Assembly (NCBI RefSeq): GCF_033962415.1
Contig: NZ_JAVIKH010000003.1
Location: 28,239-52,238 of the forward strand
Direction: 5' to 3'
Source of the DNA: Candidatus Cetobacterium colombiensis
GTDB lineage: Bacteria; Fusobacteriota; Fusobacteriia; Fusobacteriales; Fusobacteriaceae
DNA length: 24,000 nt
Positions 1 to 8,374 of this stretch are shown one piece after another; position 1 is the stretch's first letter, and every line of letters starts with the position of its first letter. A program made the translations under genes and the position numbers. The notes under the pieces were generated by a model. That model was not told the DNA's origin. It worked only from the letters and a program-made list of their open reading frames with translations, and did not search any database.

Positions 1-287
1 TCATAGACGCTTAAGTGAGGAAATAATGCATATTTTTGAAAGATTGTATTAACGTTCCTTTTATTTGGGGCTAAATCAACTATATTCTCATCTCCTAAAT
101 AAATTGCACCACTATCAGGAGTTAAAAATCCTGCAATCATTCTTAAAAGAGTAGTCTTACCACATCCAGATGGACCCAAAATAGAAAAAAACTCTCCATC
201 TTTAATTTCTAAGTTAATATTTTTCAAAACATCAACTCCGTCGAAATTTTTCTTGATATCGACAATTTTAATATCTGTTTTTTTCAA
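1..287 (-). CDS. potA: ABC transporter ATP-binding protein, PotA-like (spermidine/putrescine-type importer ATPase); N-terminal 95 codons only, gene runs off the window start
   Basis: Absent from the ORF track because it is truncated. Minus-strand translation from TTG (287-285), 5 nt after GGAGG, gives MKKTDIKIVDIKKNFDGVDVLKNINLEIKDGEFFSILGPSGCGKTTLLRMIAGFLTPDSGAIYLGDENIVDLAPNKRNVNTIFQKYALFPHLSVY. It has Walker A GPSGCGKT and the VNTxFQxYALFPH block seen in E. coli PotA. Confidence 0.7.
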   Translation of the reverse strand, partial: MKKTDIKIVDIKKNFDGVDVLKNINLEIKDGEFFSILGPSGCGKTTLLRMIAGFLTPDSGAIYLGDENIVDLAPNKRNVNTIFQKYALFPHLSVY

Positions 288-383
288 TTTTACCTCCTAA
301 TATATAATAAATTTGTTCACAATAATAATATTTTATCACATTTAACAAATAAAATAAACCAGTTTATTTTTATAAAATAAAAA

Positions 384-410
384 AAGAATCCTAGCTCTAC
401 TAGGATTCTT
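384..410 (-). terminator. Rho-independent terminator downstream of hpf
   Basis: Perfect 11-bp inverted repeat AAGAATCCTAG (384-394) / CTAGGATTCTT (400-410) with a 5-nt loop. On the minus strand the stem is followed by a U-run (TTTTTTTATTTTAT). Confidence 0.75.
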
Positions 411-417
411 GAATTTT

Positions 418-978
418 TTAGAAATGAGCAGGCTCTACATGACCATAATCTCCGTTTCTTTTTTTATAAACGATGTTCATATCACCAGTTTCAGAGTTTG
501 TAAAGACATAAAAGTCTTTGTTTAAAGCTTCTAATTGTAATATAGCTTCTTCAACATCCATAGGTCTAGGATTAACAGTTATACTTTCAATCTTTTTAGT
601 AGATTGAACAGTTATAGAGTTATCAGAAGACTCAAAAGTAATTTTCTTAGCAACTGGAATATTAGGAAGAGAATGATTGTTATCTCTTAATTTTTCTTTA
701 TGCTTTTTGATTTGTTTTGCTAAAATTTCAGTTACACGATCTATTGCATTATAAAGGTCGTCATCTGTATAAACACCCTTAATAACAGTTCCGTTTACGT
801 GAACTCTGGCATCAACTCTTTGTAGAGGTCCTGTTTTTGATTTTGTAGCTGACAACGTAACGTTTACTGTTAATATGTTATCAAAAAACTTTTTTAACTT
901 AGAAAAATTCTTTTCGCAATGATTTTTGATAGCATCGGTAATAACAAGATCTCCGTTAGTATTATAGTTTATTCTCAT
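418..978 (-). CDS. hpf: Ribosome hibernation promoting factor, long form (HPF/RaiA family)
   Basis: N-terminal YfiA/S30AE-like domain (MRINYNTNGDLVITDAIKNHCEKNFSKLKKFF...VDARVHVNG) plus the C-terminal dimerisation domain typical of long HPF (PMDVEEAILQLEALNKDFYVFTNSETGDMNIVYKKRNGDYGHVEP). Start moved from the track GTG at 987 to ATG at 978, which lies 5 nt after AAGGGGTGG. Confidence 0.9.
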   Translation of the reverse strand: MRINYNTNGDLVITDAIKNHCEKNFSKLKKFFDNILTVNVTLSATKSKTGPLQRVDARVHVNGTVIKGVYTDDDLYNAIDRVTEILAKQIKKHKEKLRDNNHSLPNIPVAKKITFESSDNSITVQSTKKIESITVNPRPMDVEEAILQLEALNKDFYVFTNSETGDMNIVYKKRNGDYGHVEPAHF

Positions 979-1030
979 ACAAACCACCCCTTATGGATAT
1001 TTATGTAGCTTTCTTAATCTATCTATACTT

Positions 1031-1711
1031 TTATTCTGAAAGAATTCCTTTTTTTAAGAATAATTTTTTATTAGATATATCAGCAAGCTCTCTTGAATGT
1101 GTTACTGTTATAATTGTTTGACGTTTTTCTTTATTAATTTGTTTGAAAATATTAAAAATTTTCTCACTAGTTTCATTGTCTAAATTTCCTGTCGGTTCAT
1201 CAAGTAGTAAAATTTTGGGATTGTTTATTAAAGCTCTAGCAATTGCTACCCTTTGTTTTTCTCCACCAGAAAGTTCTGTAGGTTTATGATTAGCTCTATG
1301 ATCAACGCCAACTTCTTTTAAAAGCTCAAGTGCCCTTTTTTGGATTTCAGCTTTTTTAGAATAATCTTGTGTTAAAGCTGGAATCATAACATTTTCAAGA
1401 GCTGTAAATTCTGGCAAAAGATAGTGAAATTGAAAAACAAAACCGATTTTTTGATTTCTAACTAAATCAATATTAGAACTATTAACAGAAATGTTTTCAT
1501 CATCAATATAAATATTTCCAGATGTTGGTGAATCTAAAAGTCCAATTAAATTTAAAAGAGTTGTTTTTCCAGAACCAGACTGGCCAAGAATCGATATAAA
1601 TTCTCCCTCTTCAATTTTTAAATTTAAATTTTTTATTATTTCTAAAGTTTCAGTTTTGGTTGAATAATTTTTACAAATATCTTTAAGTTCAAGTATGATA
1701 TTTTTAGTCAT
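1031..1711 (-). CDS. lolD: ABC transporter ATP-binding protein, LolD/MacB-type
   Basis: Walker A GQSGSGKT, signature LSGGEKQR, Walker B LLLDEPT. The FVFQFHYLLPEFTALENV block is typical of the LolD/FtsE-like subfamily. Its start overlaps the stop of the upstream permease gene by 8 nt. Confidence 0.8.
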   Translation of the reverse strand: MTKNIILELKDICKNYSTKTETLEIIKNLNLKIEEGEFISILGQSGSGKTTLLNLIGLLDSPTSGNIYIDDENISVNSSNIDLVRNQKIGFVFQFHYLLPEFTALENVMIPALTQDYSKKAEIQKRALELLKEVGVDHRANHKPTELSGGEKQRVAIARALINNPKILLLDEPTGNLDNETSEKIFNIFKQINKEKRQTIITVTHSRELADISNKKLFLKKGILSE

Positions 1712-2870
1712 GTCTTAAGGCCTCCACGATTTTTAATTTTCCAGCTCTATATGCAGGGAATACACTAGATAAGAATATAAGTAAAGTATTAGCTCCAATG
1801 ATAGTAAGTAATTCATTTAAAGATAATTCAATTGGAACTTTTGTTAAATAGTATATAGAAGAAACTCCAGGTAAAGAATAAGTTTTTATATACCAAAGTA
1901 AAAATAAAGATATAACTGTACCAAAGATGATTCCAGATAAGCCAAGAATTATTCCTTGAATTAAAAAAATCTTAATAATAGAGGCATGTGATATACCAAT
2001 AGATCTCATTATTCCAATATATCTTATTTTTTCTCTAACCATTGTATTTAAAATAACCCATACTACAAAACCGGCGATTATAACTATCAATGAAAAACCT
2101 ATAATCATAACAGTTTTTTCTAGTGTAAGAGCTTTTAAAAGATTTTGATTTAAACTTCCCCAAGTTCTATTGTAAAGGCCAGTATCAGTATATATTTTTC
2201 CAGAAACTTTTTCAGAATCATAAGGGTTTTTTAAAATTAAATCAATAGAACTAAGAGTTCCATCTCTTTCTGTTATATATTGAGCAGTTTTAAGTGGTAA
2301 AATTAACATTGATAGATCATAATCATAATATCCACTTTGAAAAGTTCCCATAATTTCAAGCTGTAACTCTTTATTGTTAGCTGAAATTATATTAATGGGG
2401 TCACCGATATTCGCTCCCATTCTATTAAAAAGTTCTTCTCCAATAAGAATACCTTTTTTATTATTTAAGTCAACACTTCCTCTTTTAATTTTATTTTGTA
2501 AATTTAAAGCAGGTATAGCTTTCTCTAAATCAAGACCATCCAGTTTAACTCCAGAAACGTAAGTTCCTAAAATTCCATTGTATTTAACTATTCCTTGGCT
2601 AGAAACTTTAGGAATAACTCCTTTTACTTCAGGATAGGCTTTAAAAACTTTTTCTAATTTATCATAATCTGTAAGATTTTCATTTCCAATTATAGTAACA
2701 TGACTAGATAAAGAAAGAATACTATCTATCATGTTTTTATTTAATCCATTAGATATTCCAATAGATACAGTAAGAACTATAATCCCAATAGCAATACCAA
2801 TAATTCCAATAAAACTTTGTTTTTTATGTTCTAATATATGTTTTTTAGCTATAAAAAATTCAAATAACAT
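1704..2870 (-). CDS. ABC transporter permease, LolC/LolE (FtsX/MacB-like) family
   Basis: 388 aa with an N-terminal TM helix, a large extracytoplasmic domain and a C-terminal three-TM FtsX-type domain (MIIGFSLIVIIAGFVVWVILNTMVREKIRYIGIMRSIGI...). Translationally coupled to the LolD-like ATPase. Confidence 0.8.
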   Translation of the reverse strand: MLFEFFIAKKHILEHKKQSFIGIIGIAIGIIVLTVSIGISNGLNKNMIDSILSLSSHVTIIGNENLTDYDKLEKVFKAYPEVKGVIPKVSSQGIVKYNGILGTYVSGVKLDGLDLEKAIPALNLQNKIKRGSVDLNNKKGILIGEELFNRMGANIGDPINIISANNKELQLEIMGTFQSGYYDYDLSMLILPLKTAQYITERDGTLSSIDLILKNPYDSEKVSGKIYTDTGLYNRTWGSLNQNLLKALTLEKTVMIIGFSLIVIIAGFVVWVILNTMVREKIRYIGIMRSIGISHASIIKIFLIQGIILGLSGIIFGTVISLFLLWYIKTYSLPGVSSIYYLTKVPIELSLNELLTIIGANTLLIFLSSVFPAYRAGKLKIVEALRHD

Positions 2871-2887
2871 AAACTCACCTCGTAATT

Positions 2888-4807
2888 TTAATTAGTAAAA
2901 AGAGTTTTTATTAAAATCTCTTTTAATTCATAAGTTGCTACTTCAATGTTTAAAGCTTTTTTTAAATCTAATAGTTGTTTTTCTCCTAGATATTTTTCAT
3001 CAATTATATTATCAATATGAAGCATATCTATTTCTTGAGGAGATAGTTTGTTTATAGTTTTTAAAAATAAATCACCATAATTTTTGAATTTTTGATTTCC
3101 TATTCCCCTAATTTTTAACATTTCCCAACGATTTTGAGGCTTCTTTTCAGCCATCTCCATAAGAGTTAAATCAGAAAATATAATATAAGGAGGAACATTT
3201 TCTTTTTGCGCAATCTCTTTTCTTAAGGTATTAAGGGTCTCAAAAAGAGGGTCTTCAAAATAGTCAAATGTAACAGATTCATTAATTTTTCTAAAAACAG
3301 CTTTTAGATTTTTTAAAACGTCAAAAGCTTTTGATGTTAATTTCAATGTTGGAAAACTTCCAGCACTTTGTTCTAAATAATTTTCAGAGATTAAATAATA
3401 AATAAATTCTTCAAGAGATTCCCTAGTATGAGAAGACATAATACCAAATGTAGAAAGTTTAAAATATTCTTTTCTTTCAATTTTAGTATCAATTTTTCCC
3501 ATTAAAATATTTGTAAGAGTTGATATACCAATACTTTCTTTAGTACGACCAATACATGAAAAAACCTTTTGTGCATCAAGGGTAAAAGATTTAACATCTT
3601 TAAAGTTTTTACAGTTTCCACAATTTCCACAGTAATTTTTTATTCTTTTATCTCCAAAATATTTGAGAATGTATTCTCTATAACAGCTTTCTAAATAAGC
3701 ATAGTCAACCATTTGATCTAATTTTTTTCTTTTAGTATTTTTTAATTCTTTAGAACTTTCTTCATTTTGCTCAATTAAAAACTCTTGAGTGGAAACATCT
3801 TCTTCGAAAAAAAGTAAGATAGCTTCAGCAGGAGCGCCGTCTCTACCAGCTCTACCAGCTTCTTGGTAATAACTTTCTAAATCTTTTGGGATATTTCTAT
3901 GTATAACAAATCTAACATTTGATTTATCGATTCCCATTCCAAAAGCGTTAGTAGCAATCATAACTTTAATATCGTCTTTTAAAAATTTATCTTGAAACTC
4001 TGTACGTTCTTTTTCATCTAGACCAGCATGATATTTTCCAACCTTAAATCCTTTAAGAAGAAGATAACTATAAAGATTATCTACTTCTTTTCTAGTTGCA
4101 GCATATATAATTCCAGATTTTTTAGAATTTCTTTTTAAATATTCAGAAATAAAAGCTTCTGATACAACGCCTTTTTCAACTTTAAATGATATATTATCTC
4201 TATCAAAACCATCAACAGATGTAAGAGGATTATGTAGATTAAGTTTATCAATAATATCTTGTCTAACTTTACTTGTAGCAGTTGCAGTGAGAGCTAAAAG
4301 TTGGGGACGTTGGTTAATTTTATTTAAAAAATTTGGAATTTCTAAATAACTTTTTCTAAAATCGTGTCCCCATTGAGATATACAATGTGCTTCATCAACG
4401 GCAATTAAAGAAAGACGAACACCTTTTATAAAATTTATAAAATTTTCATTTGTTAATCTTTCGGGTGCAATATAAAGAATTTTTATGCTTTTATTTTTTA
4501 TTCCTTGAATTAATTTAATATATTCATCTTTACTTAAAGTTGAATTTAAAAAGCCAGCTCTAATACCTAAATACTTTAACGAATCAACTTGATCTTTCAT
4601 TAAAGAGATAAGTGGAGAGATAACAATTGTTAAATCAGAATAAATTAACGCAGGAATTTGATAACAAATAGATTTTCCACCACCAGTTGACATAACACCT
4701 AAAGTATCTCTTTTAGATAAAATATGGTTAATAATTATTTCTTGACCTTTTCTAAACTTATCATATCCATAAATAGTTTTTAATAACTCTTTTGCTTTTG
4801 TTTTCAT
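2888..4807 (-). CDS. recQ: ATP-dependent DNA helicase RecQ
   Basis: 639 aa. Helicase motif I MSTGGGKSICYQ, DEAH box VDEAHCISQWGHDFR, RecQ zinc-binding cysteines (CGNCGNC) and a C-terminal HRDC-like region (PPYIIFSDLTLMEMAEKKP). Confidence 0.93.
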   Translation of the reverse strand: MKTKAKELLKTIYGYDKFRKGQEIIINHILSKRDTLGVMSTGGGKSICYQIPALIYSDLTIVISPLISLMKDQVDSLKYLGIRAGFLNSTLSKDEYIKLIQGIKNKSIKILYIAPERLTNENFINFIKGVRLSLIAVDEAHCISQWGHDFRKSYLEIPNFLNKINQRPQLLALTATATSKVRQDIIDKLNLHNPLTSVDGFDRDNISFKVEKGVVSEAFISEYLKRNSKKSGIIYAATRKEVDNLYSYLLLKGFKVGKYHAGLDEKERTEFQDKFLKDDIKVMIATNAFGMGIDKSNVRFVIHRNIPKDLESYYQEAGRAGRDGAPAEAILLFFEEDVSTQEFLIEQNEESSKELKNTKRKKLDQMVDYAYLESCYREYILKYFGDKRIKNYCGNCGNCKNFKDVKSFTLDAQKVFSCIGRTKESIGISTLTNILMGKIDTKIERKEYFKLSTFGIMSSHTRESLEEFIYYLISENYLEQSAGSFPTLKLTSKAFDVLKNLKAVFRKINESVTFDYFEDPLFETLNTLRKEIAQKENVPPYIIFSDLTLMEMAEKKPQNRWEMLKIRGIGNQKFKNYGDLFLKTINKLSPQEIDMLHIDNIIDEKYLGEKQLLDLKKALNIEVATYELKEILIKTLFTN

Positions 4808-4939
4808 AACTTCCTTTCTATGTTAAAAGTTAATTTCTTAATAGATTTTATCACAATAAAGATATTTTTTATATAAATAATATTCAATTTTATTAAAAAT
4901 CATAGTAAAATATAATAAGCATATAAATTGGAGGAAAAA

Positions 4940-5980
4940 ATGATTTTAATAAACTATGAGGATTTGTTAAAGGAAAAAAATTATACTTTAATAGATGTAA
5001 GAACACCGAAAGAATTTAAAGAAGAACCAATTCCTGGGGCTATTAACATACCATTACTTTTAGATGAAGAGAGGGTAGATGTAGGAACTGCATATAAGCA
5101 AGTTTCTCCAGAAAAAGCTAAAGAGTTAGGTGTAGAGGCAATTGCTAAAAGATTACCAGAAATATTTAGAGAGGTTCAGAAGCATGCAAAAGGTAGATTA
5201 GCTTTTTATTGCGCTCGTGGAGGAATGAGAAGTGGTTCTATGGCAGCATTATTTAGTGCTTTAGGATATACAACATGGAAATTAGAAGGCGGATATAGAG
5301 CATATAGACAATATATACTAGAAAATATAAGTTTATATAATAAAGATGTAAAGTATTATATTTTACATGGAAAAACTGGAATAGGAAAAACAAAAATATT
5401 GCAGCAATTGGAAAAAAAAGGTTACTCAGTTTTAGATTTAGAAAAAATAGCACATCATAAAGGATCGTTTTTTGGTGGTGTGTGTGAAAAAGAGGAACAA
5501 AGTCAAAAGAAATTTGATTCGTTGATATTTGATTATTTTTATAAAAATAAACCTGAATATGTTATAGCAGAAAGTGAAAGTAAAAGAATAGGAAATGTTT
5601 ATGTACCAGAGGATATATTTCAATCTTTAAAAAATGGAGTACATTTATCATTAGATACAACGATAAAACATAGAGTTGATATAATAAGAGAAGATTATGC
5701 AGGAGCTACAATAGAAGAGTTACAAAATTGTTTAGATAAAGTTTCAAGATACATAGGAAATGGAAAGTATAAAGAGTATACAAATATGTTGAAAGAAAAT
5801 AAAATCGATGAATTATCTGAAGTTCTTATGGTAGATTATTATGATCCTCTTTATCAAAAAAGTATAGAAACATATATTTATGATTCAGAGATTTTCTATG
5901 AGACTCTAGATGAAGGTATAGAGAAAGTGGTGAGATATCTAAATGAAAAAGGTATTTTTGGAAAAGAGGTCGCTGAATAA
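4940..5980 (+). CDS. selU: tRNA 2-selenouridine synthase (SelU/MnmH/YbbB)
   Basis: N-terminal rhodanese domain with active-site loop FYCARGGMRSG, followed by P-loop HGKTGIGKT. This is the architecture of the SelU family. Start moved from the track TTG at 4928 to ATG at 4940, 4 nt after GGAGGA. Confidence 0.88.
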   Translation: MILINYEDLLKEKNYTLIDVRTPKEFKEEPIPGAINIPLLLDEERVDVGTAYKQVSPEKAKELGVEAIAKRLPEIFREVQKHAKGRLAFYCARGGMRSGSMAALFSALGYTTWKLEGGYRAYRQYILENISLYNKDVKYYILHGKTGIGKTKILQQLEKKGYSVLDLEKIAHHKGSFFGGVCEKEEQSQKKFDSLIFDYFYKNKPEYVIAESESKRIGNVYVPEDIFQSLKNGVHLSLDTTIKHRVDIIREDYAGATIEELQNCLDKVSRYIGNGKYKEYTNMLKENKIDELSEVLMVDYYDPLYQKSIETYIYDSEIFYETLDEGIEKVVRYLNEKGIFGKEVAE

Positions 5981-6515
5981 GTTATTTATAGTTTTATCAT
6001 CTTTTGCTTTAGCTGTTTTAATATACCTACTTTTTAGAAGTAGAAAACTTTTTTATTATCAGCTTGTGGAGATGATGAATTTAGACTCTCATGTGAGAGC
6101 AGTAAGAAAAATAGTATGGATGTATAGAAAAAGTATTCCAAACTGGGTTATATATTCCTTACCTGATGGATTATGGCTATTTTCAATGGGAGTTTCTATA
6201 TTACATAATAGAGTTTTTTATAAAAATGCTCAGAAAATATTTAATTTAATATTTTTTACTATGATTGGAATAGAAGTTTTTCAAGGGATTTATGGAGGGC
6301 ATGGAACCTTTATAGGTACTTTTGATGGAGCCGATGTTGTATGTTATATAATAGGATATATTTTTGCTTCAGTGTTGGGATACTTAAGTTGGAAAAAGCA
6401 TCATAGATTTGATACAAAAGATAACGAAGAGATAATGAAAAAAGAAAGAAAAAAAATCCTAATAATTGTAATGATTTTTACAATCTTAGGATTCTTTCCA
6501 GCTTTAGTTACATAA
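5943..6515 (+). CDS. Hypothetical polytopic membrane protein (about 5 predicted TM helices), family not recognised
   Basis: 190-aa ORF with hydrophobic segments LFIVLSSFALAVLIYLLF, LPDGLWLFSMGVSIL, IFNLIFFTMIGIEVF, VVCYIIGYIFASVLGYLSW and ILIIVMIFTILGFFPALV. The ATG overlaps the last 38 nt of selU in another frame, with GGTGAG upstream. The start is uncertain, since an internal Met (MMNLD) is possible but would remove TM1. Confidence 0.55.
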   Translation: MKKVFLEKRSLNKLFIVLSSFALAVLIYLLFRSRKLFYYQLVEMMNLDSHVRAVRKIVWMYRKSIPNWVIYSLPDGLWLFSMGVSILHNRVFYKNAQKIFNLIFFTMIGIEVFQGIYGGHGTFIGTFDGADVVCYIIGYIFASVLGYLSWKKHHRFDTKDNEEIMKKERKKILIIVMIFTILGFFPALVT

Positions 6516-6517
6516 AA

Positions 6518-7084
6518 CTATCTTAATGTAATTTCATTATTTTCTAAAGATTCAATAACAGCAAGGGATTCAAGATGGATTCCTTGCTCTTTTAATATAG
6601 TTCCACCTGGTTGAAATCCTTTTTCAATAACAATTCCAACTCCCTGTAAATTAGCTCCAGCTTGTTCAATTATATTTTTTAAGCCGATAATGGCATTTCC
6701 CATAGCTAAGAAATCATCTACAACTAAAATATTATCTTCAGGAGATAAAAATTCTTTAGAAACAGTAATATTATAATCAGTTTTTTTTGTAAATGAATGA
6801 ACATTCGCATTGAATGAATCTCCCATTGTAGATGGTTTTTTCTTTTTAGCAAAAACCATAGGAACTTTAAATGCATAAGCAGCAGCAATTCCAATAGCAA
6901 TTCCAGAAGCTTCAATAGTAAGAATTTTGTTTATATTTTTTCCTTCAAAACGTTTTTTTAACTCTTCTCCAATTTCAATCATTAAAACAGGATCAATTTG
7001 GTGATTGATAAAACTATCAACCTTTAAAATAGAGCTGTCTGTAACAGATCCATATTTCTCAATATATTCTTTTAATAATTTCAT
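6518..7084 (-). CDS. xpt: Xanthine phosphoribosyltransferase
   Basis: 188 aa. MKLLKEYIEKYGSV...LKVDSFINHQIDP matches the Xpt N-terminal hood. PRPP-binding motif ILVVDDFLAMGNA. Last gene of the riboswitch operon, 3 nt after the stop of the preceding gene. Confidence 0.9.
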   Translation of the reverse strand: MKLLKEYIEKYGSVTDSSILKVDSFINHQIDPVLMIEIGEELKKRFEGKNINKILTIEASGIAIGIAAAYAFKVPMVFAKKKKPSTMGDSFNANVHSFTKKTDYNITVSKEFLSPEDNILVVDDFLAMGNAIIGLKNIIEQAGANLQGVGIVIEKGFQPGGTILKEQGIHLESLAVIESLENNEITLR

Positions 7085-7087
7085 AGT

Positions 7088-8359
7088 TTAGTCCTCCAGT
7101 AATTCTATTTTTTTTAAATCTTCTTGTGTATCTATATCAAAAAACTCCAATGAGTTTTCAAAATTACATTTTATAAATTTTTCTTTTTTTAAAATTTTTC
7201 TTCCACCATTGTCTCCTTTTAAATTTATTAAATCTTTAAGATAATAATAAGGAAAAAGTACAGGAGCCTTTTTTTCATTATTAACAAAAGGAACAATAAT
7301 TTGGTTGTGACTTTGAAATTTATAAACTAAAGTAATAATAGTTTTTTTTGTTAAAAAAGGCATATCTCCAGGAATAAAAAGAAATCCATTAAGGGTTGCC
7401 TTTTGTGCGCCTAAAATTACAGAATGACTCTGACCTAATTCAGGAGCAATATTATTTACATAGATAAAATTATATTTTTTACTTAATTCCTTTTGGGAAG
7501 TGTTTTTTCCAATTAATATTTTTTCTTTAAAATTTAATTTAGAAATATTAGAAAGAGTTTTTTCTAATATGCTTTTATTATTTTTTAATTTAAATTCTAG
7601 TTTATTTCCTAAAAATCTTTTTGAAAATCCAGCAGCTAAAATAATTGGGGTAATATTTTTAAAAAGAAAAATTTCTTTTTCTAAAATAGAACCAAAATAA
7701 ATTTTAGAATTAAAATCAATATTATTTACAATATTGAAAAAATTTTCAAAAGAATCTAAAGACTCTATTTTATTAAAAAATAATATTTTTTCTTGGAAAG
7801 AGCCTTTAAAAAAAGTATTGGAATTAATATAACCTATATAATCATTTTTTTCAATAGTTTTATTAAGATTTGGATATTGTTTTTGAAATAAATCAAATCT
7901 ATGTATAGTATTGGGATTTTTTTCTTTATTTAAAGCTGTAATATCTACTACAGCAATAGTTTTAGTTGTTTTAGGATAGATATTGGGTTCATTATCTTTC
8001 CAACCTTTTAAAGGCTTATTAGCACTGCCATCGGCTTCTATAAGAATGAAGTCGAAAAATGCCTTTAAACGATTTAAGTCAGAAAAATCAGCACTACAAA
8101 TTTTATTATTTTCAATTTTAGGGCAAAATACATGTATAAAATTATCCTGAGGAGATAAAGATTCTATCTCCTCAGGATATATGAAAATAAAACTATTATT
8201 TTCTATTGTTTCAGGTTTGAAAATTTTTGTAGTAGTAGCAACTAACACAGAACCTTTTTCTTTTAATTTATTGGCGAGATAAAACATTAGAGAAGTTTTT
8301 CCTCCAGCTCCAGTAATAGAGATGATATCTCCTTTTTTTATATTAAAAAGTTCTGACAT
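7088..8359 (-). CDS. Fusion protein: YqeC-family selenium-dependent molybdenum hydroxylase accessory domain (N-terminal, about aa 1-232) plus MocA/MobA-like molybdenum cofactor cytidylyltransferase domain (C-terminal, about aa 233-423)
   Basis: The N-terminal half has P-loop ITGAGGKTSLM, then ATTTK and EADGS blocks as I recall them from the YqeC family. The C-terminal half has PIILAAGFSKRF (LAAGxSxR nucleotidyltransferase motif), IPGDMPFLT and FDIDTQEDL, which parallel E. coli MocA (AAGLSSRMG, HGDMPTLT, LDIDTPDDF). Confidence 0.8.
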   Translation of the reverse strand: MSELFNIKKGDIISITGAGGKTSLMFYLANKLKEKGSVLVATTTKIFKPETIENNSFIFIYPEEIESLSPQDNFIHVFCPKIENNKICSADFSDLNRLKAFFDFILIEADGSANKPLKGWKDNEPNIYPKTTKTIAVVDITALNKEKNPNTIHRFDLFQKQYPNLNKTIEKNDYIGYINSNTFFKGSFQEKILFFNKIESLDSFENFFNIVNNIDFNSKIYFGSILEKEIFLFKNITPIILAAGFSKRFLGNKLEFKLKNNKSILEKTLSNISKLNFKEKILIGKNTSQKELSKKYNFIYVNNIAPELGQSHSVILGAQKATLNGFLFIPGDMPFLTKKTIITLVYKFQSHNQIIVPFVNNEKKAPVLFPYYYLKDLINLKGDNGGRKILKKEKFIKCNFENSLEFFDIDTQEDLKKIELLED

Positions 8360-8374
8360 AAAGTGCCTCCAGTT

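Noticed and set aside
288-383. Promoter and inverted repeat calls in the potA-hpf intergenic region
   Set aside because: I found only weak hexamers with poor spacing, plus a 7-bp inverted repeat (ATTTGTT/AACAAAT) with a 25-nt spacer. This is not distinguishable from background in AT-rich DNA.
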